Assembly (NCBI GenBank): GCA_044344255.1
Contig: JBIJDH010000025.1
Span: 1-64,000, forward strand
Length of the DNA stretch: 64,000 bases
From: Myxococcota bacterium
GTDB taxonomy: Bacteria > Myxococcota_A > UBA796 > UBA2385
Reading direction: 5' to 3'
The notes beneath the pieces are model-generated. The model ran no database searches, had not been told where the DNA came from, and was given only the letters and a program-made list of their open reading frames with translations. Shown here piece by piece: positions 57,057 to 64,000 of this stretch (positions are counted from its first letter, which is position 1; the number at the start of each line of letters is the position of its first letter). The translations under genes were made by a program, and so were the position numbers.

Positions 57057-59198
57057 ATGTCTCCCCGCGCGCGTCGCCTGCACCTGCTCCTCGCGATCGC
57101 CCTCGGGTCTAGCGGCCTCGCGGGATGCATTGAGAACGGGCTCAGCCCCAAGTTCTTCCCGAACGCGCCCGCCGACACCGCCACCTCGAGCACCGACAGC
57201 GGCATCCCCACCGACACCGCCCTCACGGCGGACTGCCCCGAGGGCGACGGCCTCGCGACCTCGGTGTCCTTCGATGAGAGCTGCCAGCATGAGGCGGTCA
57301 GCGGGCCCTTGGAGGCGGTGGTCGAGTGGTCCTTCGACGTCTTCGGAAACTACGGGGAGTACAACGAGCTGCTCGGCACCCCGGTGGTCGGGCAGCTCTC
57401 AGATGACAACCTCGACGGCTTCATCGACGAGCAGGACATCCCCGACATCGTCTTCGTGGCCGATGATCACGGCACCCACAACCATCGGAAGGGCATCCTC
57501 CGCGTCATTCAGGGGGACGGGCTGAATTATGGCTCGGCCATCGCCGAGGCCGTCTCCGATGGCTGGCAGGTCTATCCCTATCGGTACTCGAACACCGCGA
57601 TTGGAGACATCGACAACGACGGTGTGACCGAGATCGTCATCATCTCGCAGGTCATCGCCGACACCGGCGGCGGAGATGGCGGCGGGGACGGCGGCGGCGG
57701 GGGCAGCGACACCGCTCCCCCGGCCGACGGCGGCGGAGACGGCGGCCCGCCCGGGGGCGGAGACACCGGCGGCTCCACCGACAACCCGGTCGGCCCGCCG
57801 CCCCCCTTGGACGAGGGGCTCACGTGTCGGCTCTCGGCCTGGAACGCGTCGGGGGAGCTCGAGTGGCTCGCAGACGCCGTCGAGCTCACCTGCTCGGGCC
57901 ACGCCCCCTCGATCGCTGATCTGGACGGGGACGGCGCGGTGGAGGTGGTGGTCGGCCCCTACATCTTTGACGGCGCCACCGGGGCGATCGAGGCCCAGGG
58001 CGCCGAGGGGCAGGGCTTCTACCCCTCCAACCTCGAGACGGGCATGCACTCCGTGGTGGCTGACCTCGACATGGACGGCGCCCAGGAGGTCATCGCCGGG
58101 CCCACCCGCTACGACGCGACCGGGGCCGTGATCTGCACGGCCGCCGGAGTAGACGACGGCTTCGTGGCGGTCGCCGACTTTGACCTCGATGGGGCGGGCG
58201 AGTGGGTGGTCACCGCGAACGGCCAGGTGACCGTGATGGACACCGACTGCTCGGTGATGGCCGTCTGGGCCCTGTCCGGCGGGGGGAACGGCGGGCCGCC
58301 CACGGTCGCAGACTTCGACGCCGATCTCGCCCCCGAGATCGGCATCGCCGACGCCGGCGCCTACGCCGTCTATGAGCCCAGCGGCGCGCTCCTGTGGTCG
58401 ATGCCGGTCACCGACGCCTCCTCGCACACGACCGGCTCCTCCGTGTTCGACTTCGAGGGCGACGGCTACCCCGAGGTGGTCTACGCCGACGAGACGCGGC
58501 TCTGGGTGTTCGCTGGCGGCACCGGTGAGGTGCGGCTGGAGGACGATCGCCACGCCAGCCGCACGCTCCACGAGTACCCCACCATCGTCGACGTCGATCG
58601 CGACGGCTCCTCGGAGATCGTGGTGCCCAACGGCGGCGGTCACCAGGACGAGGGCCTGACCGGCCTCTACATCCTCGGGCCTGCGTTCGGCTCCTGGAAC
58701 ATGAGTCGACAGGTCTGGAACCAGCATGCGTACAGCATCACCAACATCAACGAAGACTTGAGCGTCCCTGCGCACCCGGTCAGCAACTGGCCCACCCACA
58801 ACAATTTCCGCAGCGGCGATCTCACCCCGCCCTCTGGCAGCGCGCAGCCGGACGCCGTCCCCCTCGCCGAGGTCTGCGTCGAGAGCTGCGGCGCGGGCAC
58901 CTTCCTGGTCAACCTCCGCCTCGGCAACTCCGGCGCCGGCGGTCTGCGGGGGGAGCTGCCGGTCTCGATCTACAACGAGCGCGCCGACGGGCTGCGCACG
59001 TTGATCACCACGGTCTGGACGACCGACTCGGCCGACAAGGGGCACGTGACCTCGCTCGTCACGGTCGAGATCGACGTCGCCTCCGTCCCCGACGGCACGC
59101 TCGTCTTTGTCGCCGACGACTTCGAGGGGCAGAGCTGGGTGTCGGAGTGCCGAGAGGACAACAACGAGCAGCGGGTCGAGGGCGTCGTCTGCCCCTGA
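57057..59198 (+). CDS. FG-GAP/VCBS repeat lipoprotein with C-terminal CARDB-like segment
   Basis: Lipobox LAGC, repeated ADxDGDGxxE, GSSVFDFEGDG, WNQHAYSITN, ECREDNN. Confidence 0.85.
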   Translation: MSPRARRLHLLLAIALGSSGLAGCIENGLSPKFFPNAPADTATSSTDSGIPTDTALTADCPEGDGLATSVSFDESCQHEAVSGPLEAVVEWSFDVFGNYGEYNELLGTPVVGQLSDDNLDGFIDEQDIPDIVFVADDHGTHNHRKGILRVIQGDGLNYGSAIAEAVSDGWQVYPYRYSNTAIGDIDNDGVTEIVIISQVIADTGGGDGGGDGGGGGSDTAPPADGGGDGGPPGGGDTGGSTDNPVGPPPPLDEGLTCRLSAWNASGELEWLADAVELTCSGHAPSIADLDGDGAVEVVVGPYIFDGATGAIEAQGAEGQGFYPSNLETGMHSVVADLDMDGAQEVIAGPTRYDATGAVICTAAGVDDGFVAVADFDLDGAGEWVVTANGQVTVMDTDCSVMAVWALSGGGNGGPPTVADFDADLAPEIGIADAGAYAVYEPSGALLWSMPVTDASSHTTGSSVFDFEGDGYPEVVYADETRLWVFAGGTGEVRLEDDRHASRTLHEYPTIVDVDRDGSSEIVVPNGGGHQDEGLTGLYILGPAFGSWNMSRQVWNQHAYSITNINEDLSVPAHPVSNWPTHNNFRSGDLTPPSGSAQPDAVPLAEVCVESCGAGTFLVNLRLGNSGAGGLRGELPVSIYNERADGLRTLITTVWTTDSADKGHVTSLVTVEIDVASVPDGTLVFVADDFEGQSWVSECREDNNEQRVEGVVCP

Positions 59199-59230
59199 GG
59201 GGCGGGCCTCTCGACTACCCTCAACTACCC

Positions 59231-60337
59231 TCAGCCACCCTCGGCGCGGCGGGCGAGGTCGGCCTCGACCATCGCGTCCCGGAAGAAGCGCCCGAACTCC
59301 AAGAGCAGCGTCAAGGTCTCGATCATCTCCAGCCCGAAGGTGCCGTCTCGGAGCACCTGGACCCTGCCCCCCTCGATGCGGGTCCCGGGCCAGCGCCGAT
59401 ACAAGGCCGTGAGCCGCTTCACCACCTCGGGCTCGGCGAAGAGCTGATTGACGAATTCTGCGTCCTTACAGTCCACGGCCAGGGAGTCGCCGATCTGGGC
59501 GTCGGTGGGGTTGGCGCCGGCGGCGCCCAGCACGTCGAGGCGCTGGAGGACCCGCAGCGAGGCCGCGGCGCGCACCGGCAGCGAGACTTGGACGCGGCTC
59601 TGGGCGCTCCGCCCCGCGCCGGGAGGGGACTCGATCACGAGCACCTTGAGGCCGTCCACGGCGCCCTGGATGCAGCGCGTGCCGGTCGCGGTGGCGCCGG
59701 AGTAGCCGAGGGCGAAGCGGCTGGCCGTGGCACGCCAGGGGCGATCCCCGCTCTCGCTGATCGCCGCGGCGAGCACCCCGCCGATCTCGAGGAGGTCGCC
59801 GAGCTCGGCGCCGACGATGCCGCGCCGCTCGAGCTCCACCGCCCGATCGGTCACGCGGAGGTAGTCCGAGCGCTGGAGGCCGAGGAGCAGGGCCGCGGAG
59901 ACCGCCGGGTCGTTGACCACCTGGAGGGTGCGGGTCCGCTCCTGGCCGCGCACGCGGATGGCTCGATCGAGGGGCTCGGACCCGAGCGGGATCTCGTCGG
60001 GGAGCGCGCCCATGGCCGCGCCGCGCAGCAGCCGTCGGGGCAGGATCTCGAGGCCGGCCGGAGCCCCGCCGCTGAGCTCCATCCGCAGCACCGTCGACAG
60101 GCGCAGCGGGAGGCCCACCCGGCTGGTTCCTAAGGCGATGGAGACGGGCACGCCGTGGTACAGCCCGCGGAGGGTGGAGCGATAGGGGTCGGGATCTTCT
60201 TGGAAGGTGAGCTTGTAGCGGGCGGCGAGCTGACCCCATTGGGCGATGCGCGTGCGGGCCGCCCCTTGCACGAAGCGGTTGCCGACCCCGAGGAGGACGA
60301 CCATCGACAGGAGCGCGAGGGCGAGGCCGGCCGTCAC
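59231..60337 (-). CDS. Hypothetical membrane-anchored protein with internal duplication
   Basis: N-terminal TM, then two similar halves beginning WGQLAARYKL and WRATASRFAL. Confidence 0.7.
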   Translation of the reverse strand: MTAGLALALLSMVVLLGVGNRFVQGAARTRIAQWGQLAARYKLTFQEDPDPYRSTLRGLYHGVPVSIALGTSRVGLPLRLSTVLRMELSGGAPAGLEILPRRLLRGAAMGALPDEIPLGSEPLDRAIRVRGQERTRTLQVVNDPAVSAALLLGLQRSDYLRVTDRAVELERRGIVGAELGDLLEIGGVLAAAISESGDRPWRATASRFALGYSGATATGTRCIQGAVDGLKVLVIESPPGAGRSAQSRVQVSLPVRAAASLRVLQRLDVLGAAGANPTDAQIGDSLAVDCKDAEFVNQLFAEPEVVKRLTALYRRWPGTRIEGGRVQVLRDGTFGLEMIETLTLLLEFGRFFRDAMVEADLARRAEGG

Positions 60338-60358
60338 GGGGTGCCCGTGCTCGAAGAG

Positions 60359-61858
60359 TCAGTATTCATCGATATTTGCGTCCATCCACTCAAGCCGCGC
60401 GCCCGCCCATTCGCGCACCCGGCTATCCTCTTCGGCGTAGCTCGCCACCGGGTAGAGGTACCCGCCGAATTGGATGGTGCCGATGGGCCAGAGGTCGAAG
60501 TTCTCGTCGATCGCGGCCTCGGTCATCGTGGCCTGGTAGCCGTCGATGCGGGCGTTGATCTCTGCCTCGTCGAAGGGGCCGCCGCGGAGCTCGGCCCAGC
60601 GCTCGGCGAGGCGGACGGTGAAGGCGGGGTCGGCGACCATCGTGGCGACCCACGCGGGCCGATAGGCGACCCAGGAGGCGGGGTTCTCGTTGTCGTTGTA
60701 GCTGGGCTGACCGAGAGAGAGATCGAGGTCCCACGGCGTGAAGTGGAGCTTCCCGTCCGCCGCCTTCCAGGCGTGGACCGAGAGGAACCAGGCGTCGTTG
60801 TTCTTGGTGAGCTCCTCGATGAGGACCAGGTTGACGAGGCTGTCGAGGTCGACGTAGGTCCAGATGCCCGTCTCGGCGTTGTAGGGGTCCGCGCTCTCCA
60901 GGGCGCCGTAGAGGCCCGTGAAGAAATTCACCACCTCCGCCCGGGCCTCGGTGCTGAGCGACTCCTGGCTGGGGGAGACCACCCGCCAGCCGCCGGTGCC
61001 GAGGCGATTTGGATAGACAAAGTCGCTGTCGTGGAGCTTGACGACGAAGGCGCGGCCGCTGTCGCCGTCGAGGTCGATCGCGACGCGGTCGTCGTCGGCC
61101 TTGACCCGCTCGACGAGGGCGTAGAGGCCCAGGACCCCGCCGTCCAAGGTCAGGCGGCAGTAGACCGACTGGGGCGCATAGTCGTCGGGTGACATGAGCT
61201 GGAAGAGGTCGTAGCCGAGCTTGTTTCGGAACAGCGCGCGATCGAAGTACATCCCATTCAACACCCAGTCGCTCTCGGCGCCCATCCCGAAGAGGTTGTG
61301 CGCGGAGGGCGCCCCCACCTCGTCCCTCAGCTCGACCGAGTATTGGGGCTTGGGCGCGCCGAAGGAGGAGCGCCCCCGCATCTCCATCCCGGCGGTCCCG
61401 TCAAAGAGCACGGCGCCGCCATCGCTCTCGGCGGCGGTCACCCGGAGCGCGCAGTCGAGCTTGGGCTCGTCGGGGATGGACGAAGGGCAGGTGACCACCA
61501 CCTCGCAGAGGGCGGGATCTCCGTCATTGAGGGGGTCCTCGGCCCCGCCGAGGGCCTCAACGGGCGCGTCTTCGGGGCCCCCGCCGTCGGTGCCGTCGGT
61601 GCCGTCGGTGCCGTCGGTGCCGTCGGTGCCGTCGGTGCCGTCGCTGCCCTCCGCGCCGCCGGAGTCTGCGGTGGGCACCCTACCCTGCGCACCGATCACG
61701 CCCTCCGAGCAGCCGAGGAGGAGGCCGAGCGCAGTGAAGAGGACCGTGAAGAGGACCGTGGGGAGGACCGTGGGGAGGACCGTGAGGCGGAGCGGGAAGC
61801 GCCGCGCGCCCGATAGGGGGGGGGTGCGGAGGTCCGGTGCGGCGCGGGGCGTGGGCAT
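60359..61858 (-). CDS. CotH kinase family lipoprotein
   Basis: RGRSS..PKPQYSVELRD, DWVL, RNKLGY, GLYALVE, PWDLDLSLG. Lipobox LLGC. Confidence 0.88.
   Translation of the reverse strand: MPTPRAAPDLRTPPLSGARRFPLRLTVLPTVLPTVLFTVLFTALGLLLGCSEGVIGAQGRVPTADSGGAEGSDGTDGTDGTDGTDGTDGTDGGGPEDAPVEALGGAEDPLNDGDPALCEVVVTCPSSIPDEPKLDCALRVTAAESDGGAVLFDGTAGMEMRGRSSFGAPKPQYSVELRDEVGAPSAHNLFGMGAESDWVLNGMYFDRALFRNKLGYDLFQLMSPDDYAPQSVYCRLTLDGGVLGLYALVERVKADDDRVAIDLDGDSGRAFVVKLHDSDFVYPNRLGTGGWRVVSPSQESLSTEARAEVVNFFTGLYGALESADPYNAETGIWTYVDLDSLVNLVLIEELTKNNDAWFLSVHAWKAADGKLHFTPWDLDLSLGQPSYNDNENPASWVAYRPAWVATMVADPAFTVRLAERWAELRGGPFDEAEINARIDGYQATMTEAAIDENFDLWPIGTIQFGGYLYPVASYAEEDSRVREWAGARLEWMDANIDEY
61583..61645. 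repeat. 9-bp tandem repeat (GCCGTCGGT x6 plus one variant) encoding a TDG linker
   Basis: Read directly from the sequence. Confidence 0.9.
61734..61781. repeat. 12-bp tandem repeat x4 in the CotH signal region (TVLP/TVLF)
   Basis: GTGAAGAGGACC x2 then GTGGGGAGGACC x2. Confidence 0.85.
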
Positions 61859-61864
61859 CGTCGG

Positions 61865-61870
61865 AGTCTA
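61865..61870 (-). promoter_or_regulatory. Candidate -10 element (TAGACT), leaderless transcript
   Basis: TANNNT 6 nt before the CotH ATG. Confidence 0.5.
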
Positions 61871-61901
61871 CGCCCGGCCCCTGGGCCTCCGCTACCGGCG
61901 C

Positions 61902-62522
61902 TCAGGCTTTCTCGGCCAGGGCCCAGACCACGACGGGGTAGTTGGGCTCGTTCACGAGCGAGCCGCCGAAGCCTCGACGGGCCCATTGATCGAGGTTGGC
62001 CCGGACACAGGCGCGGTTGCCCCAGGAGCCGGTCACGATGCGATCGATCGGGAAGCCGGCCTCGGCGAGGAAGTGGCGGAGCCCGATCTCGGTCCACCGG
62101 GAGCAGTCGGTGGGGTTGGCGTGGACCCGGATGAGGAAGGGGGTGGCGATGAGGAAGCGGCCGCCGGGGCGGAGGCCGTCGAGCACGGTCCGCGCGGCCC
62201 GGTAGGGCCAGAGAAGGTGCTCCCAGACTTGATCGGCGATGATGAGGTCGACCGGCGCGGGGATGGGGTCCCGGCAGACGTCGAAGTCCGGGTACTGCAG
62301 CGAGCGGTAGGAGCGGAAGCCCGTGTCCTTGTAGCGGCTGCCCGAGATCTCGAGGCAGTCCCGTCGGCTCGGATCGAGCCCGGCGATGAGCTTGTCCATC
62401 TCCTCGTACATGACGACCCGGGCCCACGGGCTGTCGTCGTAGCCGATGCCACCGAGGGCGCGGCGGAGCAGGGCCCGGCGAGCCGGGCTGAGGAGCGAGC
62501 GGGCGAGGCGACGGGCGGACAT
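61902..62522 (-). CDS. Class I SAM-dependent methyltransferase-like protein
   Basis: CLEISG, VDLIIADQVWEHL, LRPGGRFLIATPF, PTDCSRWT. Confidence 0.8.
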   Translation of the reverse strand: MSARRLARSLLSPARRALLRRALGGIGYDDSPWARVVMYEEMDKLIAGLDPSRRDCLEISGSRYKDTGFRSYRSLQYPDFDVCRDPIPAPVDLIIADQVWEHLLWPYRAARTVLDGLRPGGRFLIATPFLIRVHANPTDCSRWTEIGLRHFLAEAGFPIDRIVTGSWGNRACVRANLDQWARRGFGGSLVNEPNYPVVVWALAEKA

Positions 62523-62626
62523 CCCTCGCCCTTATTCTTCTGCGGCCCGCCCCGCCGCCGCGGAGTCGTGCTGACCACCCCCGGGCGGGCGCAGGTTGAG
62601 ATAGACAGTCCGCCCTCGGAGCGCTC

Positions 62627-63124
62627 ATGCCCTTCTCCACCGCCGACATCCGCGTCCTACAGACCTCCCCGCTCCTCCAGGGCATGACCCCCGAAGAGGT
62701 GAACCGCTTCTCCGACTACCTCACCGAGCAGACCTTCCAGAAGGGTCAGGTGATCATCTGGGAGAAGAGCGCCCATCGCACCATGCACCTGCTCGTGGAG
62801 GGGCGCGCGGTGGTGACCAAGGTGGTCCGAGGAGAGGTGGAGAGCGTGCTCGCCACCCTCGAGCCGGGCGCCCACTTCGGCGAGCTTACCCTGATCGACG
62901 GGAAGCCGGCGGCGGGCAACGTCACCGCAGAGCTCCGCTGCCGGGTCTACTCGATGGACCGCGATCAGCTCCGGCGGATGTTGTCCAACGAGAGCCCCCT
63001 GTTCGGGAAGCTCTCCTGGGCCCTGCTGCGCGATCTCGCGGGGAAGCTTCGGGACACCAACCGAAAGGTCCAGGAGGCCGTGGCCTGGGGCCTCGACGCC
63101 GCCTCGCTCGATCCCGCCGAGTGA
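62627..63124 (+). CDS. Stand-alone cyclic-nucleotide-binding domain protein
   Basis: FQKGQVII, LLVEG, GAHFGELTLID..AAGNVTA. No HTH. Confidence 0.85.
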   Translation: MPFSTADIRVLQTSPLLQGMTPEEVNRFSDYLTEQTFQKGQVIIWEKSAHRTMHLLVEGRAVVTKVVRGEVESVLATLEPGAHFGELTLIDGKPAAGNVTAELRCRVYSMDRDQLRRMLSNESPLFGKLSWALLRDLAGKLRDTNRKVQEAVAWGLDAASLDPAE

Positions 63125-63279
63125 GCGGTCGGTTACCCGCTCCAGGGCGCTGAAGCCCGAGCGGGCGGCGGGGGTCTCGGTTTGGGGTGTCCAATCGCCC
63201 CGGCTCCGGCTATCCGTGGTCGGGCAGCGGCGGTGGGGTTCAACTGGGTATGCGGGCTTCGTGGCGGGGCGGGTCGTTC

Positions 63280-64000
63280 ATGTCTTCGAGTCTCTCGTTC
63301 TCCTCCTTCCGGTGGGCCTCGTTCGCCGGCGGGGCGCTCTGCCTCTGGGCGAGCGCCTGCGGCGGCTCCGACGCGGAGCGGGCGGAGGCGCCGAGCCCCT
63401 CGACCCCCGAGCTCGAGGAGGTCGCGGCCGGCTCGGCCGGCGTCCCCCTCGAGGAGGTGCCCCCTGCGCGCGCCGGCCGTCGCAGCCGGCCCCCCGAGGC
63501 CGGCGTGGTCTCGGCCTACCCGGAGGAGGATCGGCCGATCAGCGCGGAGCTTCAGCGGGTGCGCTACCTCGTGGAGGAGGGGCAGTGTGACGAGGCTCGG
63601 GCGCGGCTCGAGCCCATCCTCGTCGGCCCCGAGGGACAGACCGCGGACCCTCTGTATTGGCGCGGCCGCTGCGCCGCCTCCGAGGAGCGGTGGGGCGACG
63701 CCGTCCGCGACCTCAAGGCGGCGACCGAGATCGATCCCGCCTTCGTGGGCGCGCTCCAGCACCTCTCCGACGCCTACGTCATGCAGCGGGACTGCCGCTC
63801 GGCCCTGCCCTACCTCGACCGCCTCGTCGAGCTGCGGCCCGAGGACGGCGTCGCCTACTACAATCGCGGGCATTGCCGGTACTACCTGAAGGACGCCGAG
63901 GGCTCGATCGCCGACGCCCACCGAGGCTGTGAGCTCGGCCACACCCCCTCCTGCAACCTGCTCCCCCGCCTCGAGCGCCGGTTGAGCTGGCAGAACGGCC
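63280..64000 (+). CDS. TPR lipoprotein, runs off the window end (not in the ORF track)
   Basis: Open frame from ATG 63280 (or 63250): ASAC lipobox, LYWRGRC, ATEIDPAF, LVELRPEDGVAYYNRGHC. Confidence 0.8.
   Translation, partial: MSSSLSFSSFRWASFAGGALCLWASACGGSDAERAEAPSPSTPELEEVAAGSAGVPLEEVPPARAGRRSRPPEAGVVSAYPEEDRPISAELQRVRYLVEEGQCDEARARLEPILVGPEGQTADPLYWRGRCAASEERWGDAVRDLKAATEIDPAFVGALQHLSDAYVMQRDCRSALPYLDRLVELRPEDGVAYYNRGHCRYYLKDAEGSIADAHRGCELGHTPSCNLLPRLERRLSWQNG

Noticed and set aside
1..64000. tRNA, rRNA, transposase, integrase or prophage genes
   Set aside because: None recognised by eye; a covariance-model scan would be needed to exclude small RNAs.

Overview
Very GC-rich, gene-dense bacterial DNA. 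The gene repertoire (MopE-type Cys/Asp repeats, FG-GAP lipoproteins, kinase-FGE fusion, FHA protein, CotH) suggests a Myxococcota-like organism; this is inference. I can support about 48 CDSs; most long ORFs in the track are antisense shadows. Main blocks in order: aldo/keto reductase and M20 amidohydrolase; an NhaR-like LysR / HPF-like / TerC module; secreted beta-helix and zincin lipoproteins; a metacaspase, Ser/Thr kinase-FGE and FHA group with an AAA/PD-(D/E)XK gene in between; an 11-subunit complex I operon (nuoABCDHIJKLMN, no nuoEFG) facing pyruvate:ferredoxin oxidoreductase plus a DHOD-like gene; a DUF4145-like/TM/FGE fusion; a sulfatase / EF-hand operon; a translationally coupled triad of a divergent ECF-sigma-like gene, an unknown gene and a stand-alone Lon-type Ser-Lys protease with a helical tail (best candidate for an undescribed system); FAD oxidase, DJ-1/PfpI, CNNM/CBS, DEDDh exonuclease and a single-chain Mo hydroxylase; then a run of acidic repeat lipoproteins. 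Several genes look leaderless (TANNNT 6-7 nt before ATG). No rRNA, tRNA, CRISPR array or transposase was seen. All calls come from reading motifs by eye; no searches were run.
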